Below, piece after piece: positions 20,711 to 35,106 of a stretch of DNA of 64,000 nucleotides; position 1 is the first letter of the stretch, and every line of letters begins with the position of its first letter. Source of the stretch: an uncultured delta proteobacterium (GTDB lineage: Bacteria > Desulfobacterota > Desulfobacteria > Desulfobacterales > B30-G6). Both the position numbers and the translations under genes were made by a program. The stretch spans positions 1,568,001 through 1,632,000 of the forward strand of contig CAWGLD010000001.1 of assembly GCA_963823335.1 (NCBI GenBank). The letters are read 5' to 3'. The notes beneath the pieces were generated by a model. That model did no database searches. It saw nothing but the letters and a program-made list of their open reading frames with translations, and was not told the DNA's origin.

Positions 20711-21760
20711 TCAGTACCCCGTGGATACCTTTTTCCCGAAGCGTTTGTTTACCAGCGTTTCAATGTCGGCCTGTCGATGGCAGGCTACCTTATGATCATC
20801 TCCGATATCTTCCAGGGCCGGGTCCTGGTTTCGGCACAGATCCATAACAAACGGGCAACGGGTGTGAAAACGGCACCCTGCCGGTGGATTCAAGGGGCTG
20901 GGCACATCACCGGATAGAACAATTCGTTCTTGCTTGTGTTCGACATCGGGAACGGGAATGCCCGAGAGCAGCGCATGGGTGTAAGGGTGGCGTGGATAAC
21001 TGAAAATGTGACCGGTTTTAGCAATTTCCACAATTTTCCCGAGGTACATGACTGCCAGCCGATGGCTGATGTATTTTACCACCAGAAGATGGTGGGTTAC
21101 AAACAGATAGGTTAAGTTTAGTTTCAGCTGCAAGCCATGCAGGAGGTTGAGTATCTGGGCCTGGACCGACACGTCCAGGGCGGAGGTCGGCTCATCGAGA
21201 ACCAGAAAATCCGGATTTGTGGCGATGGCACGTGCTACGGCGATACGCTGTCTTTGTCCTCCTGAGAATTCATGGGGGTAACGGAGGTAATGATCTTTTG
21301 TAAGACCGACCAGGTTCAAGAGTTCCATCACGCGATTTTCCAGATCACGACCTCTGAAAAGGTGCTGTGCTTTCAATGGCTCGGCAACAATGTTTTTTAC
21401 CAGCATGCGGGGATTCAATGACGTGGTGGGGTCCTGAAACACCATTTGCAGTTTGCTGCGTATCCCCAGCTGCTTCAATGATTTTAACGAAATCTTGGCA
21501 ATGTCGATCCCGGATGTGGTGTCCTCCTCTGACGGATAATAAACGATTTTACCGTGCGTGGGTTTGTGCAGCCGGACAATGGCTTTGCCGGTGGTGGTTT
21601 TGCCGCAACCCGATTCACCCACAAGACCCAGGCATTCACCCCTGTATATATCCAGGTCAACACCGTCCAGAGCTTTGACGGCATCCACCTGTCTTCGAAA
21701 TACACCACCGAATACAGGATAATGTTTTTTCAGATTTTTCAGTTCAATAATTTTTTTCAT
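20711..21760 (-). CDS. Peptide ABC transporter ATP-binding subunit (DppF/OppF-like)
   Basis: GESGCGKT, YPHEFSGGQRQR, HPYT, GCRFHTRCP. Confidence 0.9.
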   Translation of the reverse strand: MKKIIELKNLKKHYPVFGGVFRRQVDAVKALDGVDLDIYRGECLGLVGESGCGKTTTGKAIVRLHKPTHGKIVYYPSEEDTTSGIDIAKISLKSLKQLGIRSKLQMVFQDPTTSLNPRMLVKNIVAEPLKAQHLFRGRDLENRVMELLNLVGLTKDHYLRYPHEFSGGQRQRIAVARAIATNPDFLVLDEPTSALDVSVQAQILNLLHGLQLKLNLTYLFVTHHLLVVKYISHRLAVMYLGKIVEIAKTGHIFSYPRHPYTHALLSGIPVPDVEHKQERIVLSGDVPSPLNPPAGCRFHTRCPFVMDLCRNQDPALEDIGDDHKVACHRQADIETLVNKRFGKKVSTGY

Positions 21761-21780
21761 ATTCTCAAAAAATAAAACAC

Positions 21781-22950
21781 TCAAGAGTTGTTGCGGGGTT
21801 TTTCTGTATATAAAAAACAGGCAACCTGGTGATTGTTTCCGACCTCTGTGGATTCCGGAAATGCTTCTTTACAAATCGCTTTGGCATCCCTGCAACGCGG
21901 GTGAAACCGACATCCGGACGGTGGATTGACAAGATTCGGAACATTTCCTTCGATGCTTTGAAGTTGCCCTTCATGGGAAAATCGGGGAACGGCATTGAGC
22001 AGTGCGCGTGTATAAGGATGCCGGGGTTTGTTGAACAAGTCCTTTACATCGGCCACTTCACACAGGTTGCCGGCATACATTACACCAACACGGTCACAGG
22101 TTTCAGCGACAATCCCCAAATCATGCGTGATCAGGAGCACCGATGAGATGACCTTCTGTTTGAGATCTTTTAAAAGATCCAGAATCTGAGCCTGAATCGT
22201 GACATCCAGGTTGGAAGTGGCTTCATCGGCAATGAGCAACAAGGGATTGCAGGCCAGTGCTATGGCGATAACGATACGCTGCTTCATACCACCGGAAAGA
22301 TTGTGCGGGTAGCGTCGGGCGATTTCCTGGGCATGAGGAATACTGAGCTTGGCAATCATTTCAACAGCGCGTCTCATGGCCTCTTTTTTTAAACGGTTTT
22401 CCCATAACTTGAGCAGGGGTGTTTTGCTGAAGAGCCTCAGTATCAGCGCTTCCGGGCGGATCGCAGCGAGCCGGTAAAGCGCTATCAGAAGAATTCTGAA
22501 TGGATTGGTCTTTGGGATGCCATGCTCCATATCCATCAATATCTGTTGGCACATCTCTGCTCTGCGATGGAAAAGAAAACTCTCTGCAACCTGTTCACCG
22601 ATACTCATGATGGGGTTCAAGGCCGCATTGGGTTCCTGAAAAATCATGGAGATTGTGTCCCCCCGTAAGCCCTTCATGGCGGTTTCGGACAGTTGCAGCA
22701 GATCGATAGGCGTCTGGCTTCCATTGTTTTCCGGATAGAACAGAACCTGACCACCGTCGATTTTTCCCGGTTCCTGGATTATGCGCATAATGGAACGAAC
22801 TGTGACACTTTTTCCACAGCCGGATTCACCTACCAGACCAAAGGTGCAACCATGATCCACAGACAGACTGACTTTGTCCAGGGCCTTTACCACACCCTCA
22901 TGGGTATAAAAATTGGTTACCAGGTCAATGGTTTCGATGAGTTTGGACAT
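21781..22950 (-). CDS. Peptide ABC transporter ATP-binding subunit (DppD/OppD-like)
   Basis: GESGCGKS, LSGGMKQR, GCRFHPRC. Confidence 0.9.
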   Translation of the reverse strand: MSKLIETIDLVTNFYTHEGVVKALDKVSLSVDHGCTFGLVGESGCGKSVTVRSIMRIIQEPGKIDGGQVLFYPENNGSQTPIDLLQLSETAMKGLRGDTISMIFQEPNAALNPIMSIGEQVAESFLFHRRAEMCQQILMDMEHGIPKTNPFRILLIALYRLAAIRPEALILRLFSKTPLLKLWENRLKKEAMRRAVEMIAKLSIPHAQEIARRYPHNLSGGMKQRIVIAIALACNPLLLIADEATSNLDVTIQAQILDLLKDLKQKVISSVLLITHDLGIVAETCDRVGVMYAGNLCEVADVKDLFNKPRHPYTRALLNAVPRFSHEGQLQSIEGNVPNLVNPPSGCRFHPRCRDAKAICKEAFPESTEVGNNHQVACFLYTEKPRNNS

Positions 22951-23117
22951 CAGGCTTTAGTACCTTAATGGCTGCTTCTGTGCGTTCTATTAAAAAACAA
23001 AATCAATCACGAAAGCACGAAATCTGGAAAACACGAAAGCTTTGAAGATCCTTTTCGTGTTTTCGTGATAAAAATCATTTTCTTTTCCACGGCTGCTTAC
23101 GGCTTACAGCCAATTGT

Positions 23118-24026
23118 CTATCGTCTTCTCTGCTTGGGATCGAACGCGTCTCGCAGCGCGTCGCCGATCAGGTTCCAGGCCAGAACAAAGAGCACAATAC
23201 ACGCCCCGGGTATGGCAATGGCATGCCAGTACTTAAGGGGATCATCTACCGGCCCGACGATATAATTACGGGCCAAAGCGACCATCTGGCCCCAATCAGC
23301 GTAACCTTTGGGAGCGCCCAGGCCTATGAAGCTCATGAACGCAGCAACAATCACCATGGACCCGATATCCATGGAGGCCATGACCAGCACGGGATATATC
23401 CCGTTGGGCAGGATATGTTTTCTCATGATGGTAAAATTGGAGACACCCATGACACGGGCTGCCTGGACATAATCCAGTTCCCGCAATGTCAAAATACTGG
23501 ATCGCATGACGCGCACATAATCTCTCCATTTTACAATTGCCAGGGCAATCATGACCTTGTCCAGACCCCGGCCGAAGGCAACAACGATGGCCATGGTGAG
23601 CACCAGCAGCGGCACAGCGAAAATGATATCCACCACACGCATGATGATTTCGTCGATGATTCCGCCATAGTATCCCGATATAATTCCCAGCGAAACACCG
23701 ATGATCAACGCAAAACCGATCACAAACATGCCGATCTTGAATGCCGTTCGTGTTCCCCACACCGCACCGTAAAAAATATCGTATTGGCCGGAGGTCGTGC
23801 CGAAAATATTGATTGAACTGGGCGGTTTCGGTGTTTGGGAATAGCCTTTATGGGGCATCATGTAGGGATTGTAGGCGTATTTTGGCGGTGCGATATAGGG
23901 TGCCAGTACTGCTACCGTCACAAAAATGAAGAGCAGCGAGAAACCGATGATAGCCGACGGATTTTTAAAAATCCTGTGCAGGGTATATTTCAGTTCTCTG
24001 ATTCGGGGATGCTGTTCTTTGTTCAT
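23118..24026 (-). CDS. Peptide ABC transporter permease (DppC-like)
   Basis: YVQAARVMG, HILPN, GDALRDAFDP. Confidence 0.9.
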   Translation of the reverse strand: MNKEQHPRIRELKYTLHRIFKNPSAIIGFSLLFIFVTVAVLAPYIAPPKYAYNPYMMPHKGYSQTPKPPSSINIFGTTSGQYDIFYGAVWGTRTAFKIGMFVIGFALIIGVSLGIISGYYGGIIDEIIMRVVDIIFAVPLLVLTMAIVVAFGRGLDKVMIALAIVKWRDYVRVMRSSILTLRELDYVQAARVMGVSNFTIMRKHILPNGIYPVLVMASMDIGSMVIVAAFMSFIGLGAPKGYADWGQMVALARNYIVGPVDDPLKYWHAIAIPGACIVLFVLAWNLIGDALRDAFDPKQRRR

Positions 24027-24036
24027 ACCATCCTCA

Positions 24037-25068
24037 TCAGTTGAGTCTTATCCTGGGATCAATATAGGCGTAGAGGATATCCAGAACGAGATTAATGGTC
24101 ACATACACCAATCCAAAAAACAGGCAGATACCCATTAATACGGGGAGATCCAATGAGATGGCGGCGTTTGCCAGCCACCATCCGATACCCTGGCGGTTGA
24201 AGATGTACTCTACGGCGATGCTGCCCTCCATGGAGTATGCCGCCAGCCAGCCGGCAACCGTTACCACCGGAATCAATGCATTTTTACGTGCATGTTTGAA
24301 ATAAATGGTATGGTAGTCCGCGCCTTTGGCCAGGGCGGTGATGATATAGTCCTTGGAGATTTCTTCAATCATGCTGGAACGCATGACCCGCAACAAAATG
24401 GCCACAATGACCACAACCTGGGTAAAGACCGGCATCACAAGCCGCGAAATTGCATCGCGTGCAATATCCAGTCTGCCGTTCAAAAGACCATCGAGTGTGT
24501 ATAGATAGGTATAGCGTTTGAACTGATCTGGATTTTCACGAATCCAGACGTTGAACCCGTCGTCGATGATACCCGGAGGGAAGATGTTGAAATACCCGTA
24601 AAAAAACATCAGGATAATCAAAGCGAATAAAAAGGTAGGCAGAGACCAGCCGACAATGGCGAATATACGTGTGGAATGGTCTACCCAGGTATCCCGGTGG
24701 ATTCCGGACACCGTTCCCAGCCAGATGCCGAAAATGATGATAATCGGTATGGTGTACAGGTTGAGTTCCAGGGTGATGGGAAAGTAATACCAGAACGCAT
24801 CCCAGACCGGCATGGCCGCCACAAAGGAATAGCCCCAGTTGCCCGAAGAAACCTGCCGTATCCATCGAACATATTGAATGTGAAAGGGATCGTCAAGCCC
24901 CAGCTGCTTGACGATGATGGGCAGGTCCTTTACCTGCTGGGGGGATTTGACATAGGCCATAGCCCTGCGCTCCGGGCTGAAGGTCATGAGAATAGAAAAA
25001 ATCAGGACCGAAACGCCGAAAAGGACAAAGGCCAGAAACAGGAATCTTCGAATAATATAAGTTGTCAA
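24037..25068 (-). CDS. Peptide ABC transporter permease (DppB-like)
   Basis: YIIRR, LGLDDP, DYIITALAKG, DILYAYIDPRI. Confidence 0.9.
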   Translation of the reverse strand: MTTYIIRRFLFLAFVLFGVSVLIFSILMTFSPERRAMAYVKSPQQVKDLPIIVKQLGLDDPFHIQYVRWIRQVSSGNWGYSFVAAMPVWDAFWYYFPITLELNLYTIPIIIIFGIWLGTVSGIHRDTWVDHSTRIFAIVGWSLPTFLFALIILMFFYGYFNIFPPGIIDDGFNVWIRENPDQFKRYTYLYTLDGLLNGRLDIARDAISRLVMPVFTQVVVIVAILLRVMRSSMIEEISKDYIITALAKGADYHTIYFKHARKNALIPVVTVAGWLAAYSMEGSIAVEYIFNRQGIGWWLANAAISLDLPVLMGICLFFGLVYVTINLVLDILYAYIDPRIRLN

Positions 25069-25089
25069 GGAAGTCCCGTCATATGAACG

Positions 25090-25131
25090 TTTGATTTCTG
25101 CCTGTCGTCTAGGCGACAGGCAGAAATCAAA
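25090..25131. terminator. Perfect hairpin between substrate-binding and permease genes (terminator or mRNA stabiliser)
   Basis: TTTGATTTCTGCCTGTCG-N6-CGACAGGCAGAAATCAAA. Confidence 0.7.
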
Positions 25132-25194
25132 TTGGATTAAAAGTTTTTCACCAAGAAGCGATACCGTCGCGATGTATAAATTTGTGAAACAAAT

Positions 25195-26934
25195 TTATTT
25201 GGTAATGTTCCAGAAAAATTCAACGGTCTGCGAGAACATGGGATTGCGGTCGTATCCTTTTACATAGTCACGATAGACAAACAGCTCCAGGGGTTGGAAC
25301 AGGGCGATGCCCAGGGCATCCTCGTACCAGATGTTTTGCAGTTTGTCATAGGCTGCTGCACGCTTGTCCGGCTCGACGTTTTCGATTCCGGCTTTAAGGA
25401 GTTTGTCCACGTCCGGGTTGTTATAGCCCATGTATTTGCCGTATGTCCCGTTGGAGCTCATGTAGGGATACATGAAGTTGTGGGGGTCTGGATAGTCGGC
25501 GCCCCATCCGATGATGAAAATGGGATAACGGAATTGACGGATGGCCGGCATATAATCCTTCCAATCCACATTACGAACCTCGATCTGGAATTTGGGATTC
25601 AAGGATTCGATATTTTCTTTCAACATCAGGGCTGCGGCTTCCCGTTCTTCCCGGCCGGTATTGTGGGTGATGATCATCTTGAAACCCTTTTCCCAGACAG
25701 CGCCTCCCCAGGCTTTTTTCATGTATTCTTCAGATTTTTTCAGATCGAATGCGTACATGGGCATATCTTTTTTATATGCCAGCCCGCTGATCAGGGGTGT
25801 TCCCGGGAGTGAGCCCAGACCATTGAGCACTTCTTTGAGAAAGGTATCCCCGTCGTAGGCGTGCATGAAAGCCTTGCGTACGTTGATGTCACTGAAGAAA
25901 TCGGGTGGAATGCCTTCGCCGTCCAGTTTTCCGCTTCCGATACTGGGGTTGCCCGTGGGATCTATTTTCTGGCAAAACAGCGCGCCGGTAACCGCCAGCT
26001 GGGGCAGTTTTGTAATCTTGACCCCTTGCATGCCTTCGACTTCATGCAGAAAGGTTTTGCCCACGTGGATACGGTCGGCATCGCCGGCCTTGAGCATCAG
26101 CATACGGGTGGCGTGCTCGGGGACATATTTGACGATGGCGGTCTTGATGGTCGCTTTGGGGCCCCAGTATCCGTCGAATCTTTCAAATACAAACTGTTTG
26201 GACGTTTCCCAGAGTCTCAGCTTGTAAGGTCCGGTACCGTTCGCTATGGCTCGCAGGGGCTCTTTGCCTTCGGCCGGCTTGTTGTATTTGGCAGCGTTGG
26301 CGATGTTGCCGTCCCAGCATCCATTGGCAATGGCCCATTCCTTGTCAATTACCGCGGCTGAGGAATAGCAGAGGATGCCCAGCAGGGGAGGGTACGCTTT
26401 GGGCAGGTGAAGAATCACCTTGTCTCCCTTGGCTTCCACGGCCTTGTCGATTTTTTCGAAAATGCCGGGCACTACCTGGTCGTCTTTTCGGGTGGTATCG
26501 TCACCGGTCAGGGCTTCCAGCATCATCCACATGGGGCCACCTGCAGGATCGCTGATCATGGCCCTTTTAAAGGAATACACCACATCCTCGGGTGTCAGGT
26601 CGCCGCCTTCATGAAACTTCACACCCTTGCGAATGGTGAACGTGTAGGTTTTACCGTCAGCGGAAATACCCCCGTTTTCCACACTGGGAACTTCGGTGGC
26701 CAGGATCGGGGAAAACTGGTCCGTATAGGGATCTTTGAAGAAAATCAGATTCTGGTAAATGACGTAAAGTTTGGCTGCGCCGGCATTGTCATAGACCTTG
26801 GCCGGATCCAGTGTCTCAACGGAGCCGATATCCGCCAGGACAAATGTGTCTGGATTTTTCACCTGTGCGTAAGTAGCCGTGACCCCCATGACAAAAACAA
26901 GACTAAGAACCAGGATGAATAATAATCTTTTCAT
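25195..26934 (-). CDS. Peptide/nickel ABC transporter substrate-binding protein (family 5)
   Basis: Signal peptide; TLDPA, YTFTIRKGVKFH, GTGPYKL, GWGADYPDP. Confidence 0.9.
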   Translation of the reverse strand: MKRLLFILVLSLVFVMGVTATYAQVKNPDTFVLADIGSVETLDPAKVYDNAGAAKLYVIYQNLIFFKDPYTDQFSPILATEVPSVENGGISADGKTYTFTIRKGVKFHEGGDLTPEDVVYSFKRAMISDPAGGPMWMMLEALTGDDTTRKDDQVVPGIFEKIDKAVEAKGDKVILHLPKAYPPLLGILCYSSAAVIDKEWAIANGCWDGNIANAAKYNKPAEGKEPLRAIANGTGPYKLRLWETSKQFVFERFDGYWGPKATIKTAIVKYVPEHATRMLMLKAGDADRIHVGKTFLHEVEGMQGVKITKLPQLAVTGALFCQKIDPTGNPSIGSGKLDGEGIPPDFFSDINVRKAFMHAYDGDTFLKEVLNGLGSLPGTPLISGLAYKKDMPMYAFDLKKSEEYMKKAWGGAVWEKGFKMIITHNTGREEREAAALMLKENIESLNPKFQIEVRNVDWKDYMPAIRQFRYPIFIIGWGADYPDPHNFMYPYMSSNGTYGKYMGYNNPDVDKLLKAGIENVEPDKRAAAYDKLQNIWYEDALGIALFQPLELFVYRDYVKGYDRNPMFSQTVEFFWNITK

Positions 26935-27371
26935 AATATCTCCTTTTCTCTTTATGATTCAGGATCATGTGGCCCAGCGAGTCAAGGCCGGCTTTTATTT
27001 CGAATCCCTGTCAGCGAACCATCAGGGAGGGTTTTATATGGAGATGCTTGTTCTACCGATCAGTCAAGGCGGGTTGCAGCCCGGTCTCGCCGTGAGTTTG
27101 AACCACAATGCGAGCGAATTAAAACGAGACAGTATTTCTTGGTGTCGAAGGTTTTCCGCCCCTATTCGACTGAGATCGCCGAAGTCCTGATGCTAAGTTC
27201 TTGAACTATAATCTTTATTGATGTTGAATGTTTGTGTCAATACTAAATCACAATTCAGTTGCGAAGTCCACAGCTCTTCTGCAGGCTGTCCTTGTAAGCT
27301 GCCTTGATGTGCTCGGCATTTACATTCACAGGACAACTTGACAATCGTGCCGGAACCGGTATACCGATGCC

Positions 27372-27716
27372 ATGATGAAACAGATGGGTAAGGACGTTAC
27401 CCTGGAAGACATGATTCAGGCCTCCAAGGTTTGCCACAGTTCAGGGCTGTCCTTCTGCCATTCCCTTCTGATCGGCGGGCCTGGTGAAACCATGCAGACG
27501 GTCCAGCGCACCTTTGATGCCATTCTGGACATGTCGCCCACGGCCGTTGTCTGTATGGTGGGGATTCGTATTTTTCCGGGAACACGGTTGTATGAGATTG
27601 CCAGAAAAGAAGGCAGCATCCAGGCGGGTCAGAATCTTCTGGAACCCTGTTTTTATCTGTCGCCTGGGAGCCAGGGGACCCTTGTGGGAATATATGAGAA
27701 TGGGGCAGCGCTTTAA
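27372..27716 (+). pseudogene. C-terminal fragment of a B12-dependent-type radical SAM protein
   Basis: HSLLIGGPGET, GIRIFPGTRL, LLEPCFYLSP; no CxxxCxxC and no N-terminal domain. Confidence 0.65.
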
Positions 27717-27849
27717 ACGATAGACTGTTAGCATGATAGGCTGTAGGCTATTAGGTTGCTCACAGTTAACAACCTACAGCCTAACAGTCTAACAGTCTAA
27801 TAGCCTAATAGTCTACAGCCTAAACAACCTAATATTAAGGAGTACATTC

Positions 27850-29463
27850 ATGAGTACGTTCAAATTTCAGGAAATGTTTCCGCTGAAGGAAGATACCACC
27901 GAATACCGTCTTCTGAGCACTGATCATGTATCGGTTAGCCGCAATGCGGATGGGGAATTTGTCAACATAGCACCGCAGGCCTTGTCCCTGCTAGCAGCGG
28001 AGGCCTTCAGAGACGTGTCCCATCTGTTGAGAACCTCGCACCTGACAAAGGTCTCGGCCATCCTGGACGATCCCCAGGCGTCTCAGAACGACAGGTTTGT
28101 AGCGCTGGAAATGCTGCGCAATGCCGTGATTGCATCTGACGGTGAATTTCCCATGTGCCAGGATACCGGCACCGCCATCGTCATCGGTAAAAAGGGTCAT
28201 CGTGTGCTGACCGACGGTTCGGATGAGGAAGCATTGTCGTACGGTGTGTTCAACGCCTACCAGAAGAACAATTTGCGTTACTCCCAGAATGCACCCCTTA
28301 CCATGTATGAAGAGAAAAACACGCTATGCAATCTCCCCGCCCAGATCGAGTTGTACGCCACCAAAGGTGATTCATACGGGTTCCTGTTCGTGGCCAAGGG
28401 GGGCGGGTCTGCCAACAAAACCTATTTGTTCCAGGAGACCAAGGCACTCCTGAACCCGGAATCTTTGGTGGCCTTTATGAAAGCAAAAATGAAGATGCTT
28501 GGTACGGCGGCCTGTCCACCTTATCATCTGGCATTTGTCGTGGGGGGTACATCTGCCGAATTCACTCTTAAGACCGTAAAACTGGCGAGTGCCGGATATC
28601 TGGACGGACTCCCGACCAAGGGGAGTGCTTCCGGGCATGCGTTCAGGGATAGGGAACTCGAGGATGTGATCCAGGTCTTGTCCCAGGAGTTGGGTATAGG
28701 CGCACAATTCGGCGGTAAATATTTCTGTCTGGATACCCGGGTAATCAGGCTGCCACGGCACGGGGCCTCCTGCCCGGTGGGAATAGGTGTCAGCTGCAGC
28801 GCTGATCGCAATATCAAGGCCAGGATATCGCGTGAGGGTATATTTCTCGAAAAACTGGAAACAAATCCCGCAAGATTTCTTCCCCAAGTGATTTCCACGG
28901 GAGAGACAGCCGTACCCATCGATCTTGACCAGCCCATGAAGAACATTAGGGCTGAGTTGCGTCGCTATCCGGTCAGGACACCCCTGCTTCTCTCCGGTAA
29001 GATTATCGTCGCCAGAGACATTGCCCACGCAAAGCTCAAAGAACACATAGACCAAGGCGGTGCATTGCCACAGTATTTCAAAGATCATATTGTTTATTAC
29101 GCCGGACCTGCCAAGACCCCTGCAGGATATGCTTCCGGCTCCTTTGGCCCGACCACGGCGGCCAGAATGGATCCCTATGTGCCCCTTTTTCAGAAACTGG
29201 GTGGCTCTCTGGTGATGCTGGCAAAAGGAAACCGTTCCAGAGTCGTCACCGACGCATGCAGGGAAAATGGCGGTTTTTATCTCGGTTCCATCGGTGGGCC
29301 GGCTGCCAGACTTGGCCGGGACTGTATCACCGCCATGAAGGTACTCGCCTACGAGGAACTCGGTATGGAGGCGATCTTTGAAATTACGGTAAAAGACTTT
29401 CCGGCATTTATCCTGATCGACGATAAGGGCAATGATTTTTTTGAGGCACTGCTGGGTGATTAA
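27850..29463 (+). CDS. fumA: Class I fumarate hydratase
   Basis: [37 protein letters not shown]. Confidence 0.93.
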   Translation: MSTFKFQEMFPLKEDTTEYRLLSTDHVSVSRNADGEFVNIAPQALSLLAAEAFRDVSHLLRTSHLTKVSAILDDPQASQNDRFVALEMLRNAVIASDGEFPMCQDTGTAIVIGKKGHRVLTDGSDEEALSYGVFNAYQKNNLRYSQNAPLTMYEEKNTLCNLPAQIELYATKGDSYGFLFVAKGGGSANKTYLFQETKALLNPESLVAFMKAKMKMLGTAACPPYHLAFVVGGTSAEFTLKTVKLASAGYLDGLPTKGSASGHAFRDRELEDVIQVLSQELGIGAQFGGKYFCLDTRVIRLPRHGASCPVGIGVSCSADRNIKARISREGIFLEKLETNPARFLPQVISTGETAVPIDLDQPMKNIRAELRRYPVRTPLLLSGKIIVARDIAHAKLKEHIDQGGALPQYFKDHIVYYAGPAKTPAGYASGSFGPTTAARMDPYVPLFQKLGGSLVMLAKGNRSRVVTDACRENGGFYLGSIGGPAARLGRDCITAMKVLAYEELGMEAIFEITVKDFPAFILIDDKGNDFFEALLGD

Positions 29464-29734
29464 TTTGGACTATCAATAAATGCGACAACGTCGCGTCAAA
29501 TAAAATCGCGAAGCGATTTCATTGGGTATTTACAAACCCTTCTAAATTGGTATAATCTGAAAAATTCTTTTGGCATAGCTATAGGGGTTGTCAGAAAAAC
29601 GTTCCGATTGAGGACCTTTTTTCTGCTACAATCCCTTATGCTGCCATCCTATTTTCGGAACATTATTATGACAAGCGGTATAAAATATAAAATTACAAAG
29701 ACGATGGATACCAAGCGGTTCCAATACAATCTAA

Positions 29735-33298
<3,564 letters not shown>

Positions 33299-33316
33299 TC
33301 GGGAGCGCTTATACGA

Positions 33317-33355
33317 AAACTATAAAATCCCCCGAATCGGGGGATTTTATAGTTT
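33317..33355 (+). terminator. Intrinsic terminator after PFOR
   Basis: AAACTATAAAATCCCCCG-AAT-CGGGGGATTTTATAGTTT. Confidence 0.8.
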
Positions 33356-33565
33356 AACCCGACCCAATTCAGTGATTTTCGCGACGGCCCTCTGTCTGAG
33401 AACGGGCAGTCATTAAAGCGACAAGGTCGCGTTTGATAAAATCGTTATACGATTTTATGGATCAAACAAGTGCTGGTGGCGTGGGCATACAGTTTTTCAT
33501 TTGTGTATAGGCATACATTTTTGGAGACCGGGTTGTGTGTCGACACCATAGGATTGAATACGGAC

Positions 33566-34219
33566 ATGATTCGTCATAAGAATGGACCTTCCGAGAAGAA
33601 GACGCAATGTATTCGTTGTGGTATCTGCTGTGAAAAAGGAGGTCCCTCCTTTCACATCCAGGACCGGAGTCTCATCGAGAACGGGACCATTCACACACGC
33701 TATCTTTACACCATCCGCAAGGGCGAGCTTGTCCACGACAATGTTCAGGGACATCTCAAACCGGCCGATTCCGACATTATCAAGATCAAGGGCAAAAGCC
33801 CTTCGTGGGAATGTGTGTTCTTTCAGAAAAAGGATATGTCCTGCGGCATCTATGACCATCGGCCCCTGGAGTGCCGTCTGTTGAAGTGCTGGGACACTCA
33901 GGATATGGAGGCCGCCTATGAAAAAGACAGGTTGACGCGTCAGGATATCCTGGCCGGGATAGAGGGGCTGTGGGAGCTCGTCACGGGTCATGAAAAGCAA
34001 TGTGGCCATGATGTGATCAATCGTGCCCTCCAGGAGTCCGATGGGGTGTTGACAAAACAGGCCCAGGAGTTGCTAAGTGGTGCCATTCAATATGACAGGG
34101 CCATTCGTCAATTGGTTCTGGAAAACGGCAATGTCACACCCGATATGATCGATTTTTTATTTGGGCGCCCCCTTACGGTGACGCTCAAGGCCGCGGGTAT
34201 CGACACGGATAAGCTATAA
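33566..34219 (+). CDS. YkgJ-family cysteine-cluster protein
   Basis: CIRCGICC...CVF...CGIYDHRPLECR. Confidence 0.8.
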   Translation: MIRHKNGPSEKKTQCIRCGICCEKGGPSFHIQDRSLIENGTIHTRYLYTIRKGELVHDNVQGHLKPADSDIIKIKGKSPSWECVFFQKKDMSCGIYDHRPLECRLLKCWDTQDMEAAYEKDRLTRQDILAGIEGLWELVTGHEKQCGHDVINRALQESDGVLTKQAQELLSGAIQYDRAIRQLVLENGNVTPDMIDFLFGRPLTVTLKAAGIDTDKL

Positions 34220-34266
34220 GCTATATGCTGTAAGCTCTAAGCAAGCTAAAGGCTTACAGCTTACTG

Positions 34267-35106
34267 CTATCGCTCTCTGCCACCACCCTCGAACCCTTCA
34301 TCTTCATATAATTCCGGTCTTCTGTTGGGAAGGAAATAATGCATGCGGTTGCTGCGAATCGTGTCGAAGGTTTCGGCCTTGAGATCCACGAGGATCATTG
34401 TCTCCCTGCTGCTGAGGCTTTGCCCGATAATGTTTCCGGCCGGATCTAAAACCACGGCATTTCCAGGGAACGTGAGGCCTTTGCCGTTGTAACCCGATTG
34501 GTTACATGCAACCACAAAGACACTGTTGTCATAGGCTCTGGCGGTCAGGTGGCGCATCCAGGACCGGTGTTTGTCGATGGCCATCCCCCTGGGGGAGGCG
34601 TGTGGCAGAAAGAGTATTTCAGCGCCCTTGATGGCCATTTTAGTGCTGAGTTCAGGAAAGTGCGTATCATAGCATAGCTGAACGCCGAAAGTAGATTCCT
34701 TGAAAGTAAAGGTCGGGATGGTATTTCCCGGGCTGTAGATCTCTTTTTCGGGTGGTGCGATGTGGCTCTTGCTGTAAGTCCCCAATTCACCATCCGGCAT
34801 GGCGATCATGTGGGTGGCATATATCCGTCCGTCATTTCTCTTTTCCGCCATGCCGGCCAAAATGAGAAGATTATACGAAACGGCCATACTGGAAAGTTCT
34901 TCACTGACCGGGCCTGGAATCGGTTCCGCAAGACCCCTCAGGGCCTCATGATTGCTGTACCCGGTAATGTTCAACTCCGGGAAGCATATAATGTCTGCTG
35001 CAGCATTGCGGGCTTTTTTGACGAAAGCGATCACTTTGTCCAGATTCTGTCGGGTCTTTCCGACCCTGGCATTGCAGACCACAACCGCGATGCGAAGATC
35101 TTTCAC
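34267..35106 (-). CDS. Carbon-nitrogen hydrolase (nitrilase family)
   Basis: FPE, YSKSHI, LCYD catalytic triad motifs; ARAYDN. Confidence 0.9.
   Translation of the reverse strand: MKDLRIAVVVCNARVGKTRQNLDKVIAFVKKARNAAADIICFPELNITGYSNHEALRGLAEPIPGPVSEELSSMAVSYNLLILAGMAEKRNDGRIYATHMIAMPDGELGTYSKSHIAPPEKEIYSPGNTIPTFTFKESTFGVQLCYDTHFPELSTKMAIKGAEILFLPHASPRGMAIDKHRSWMRHLTARAYDNSVFVVACNQSGYNGKGLTFPGNAVVLDPAGNIIGQSLSSRETMILVDLKAETFDTIRSNRMHYFLPNRRPELYEDEGFEGGGRER

Noticed and set aside
29571-29590. TGGCAT upstream of PFOR as a sigma-54 promoter
   Set aside because: No TTGC at the -12 position
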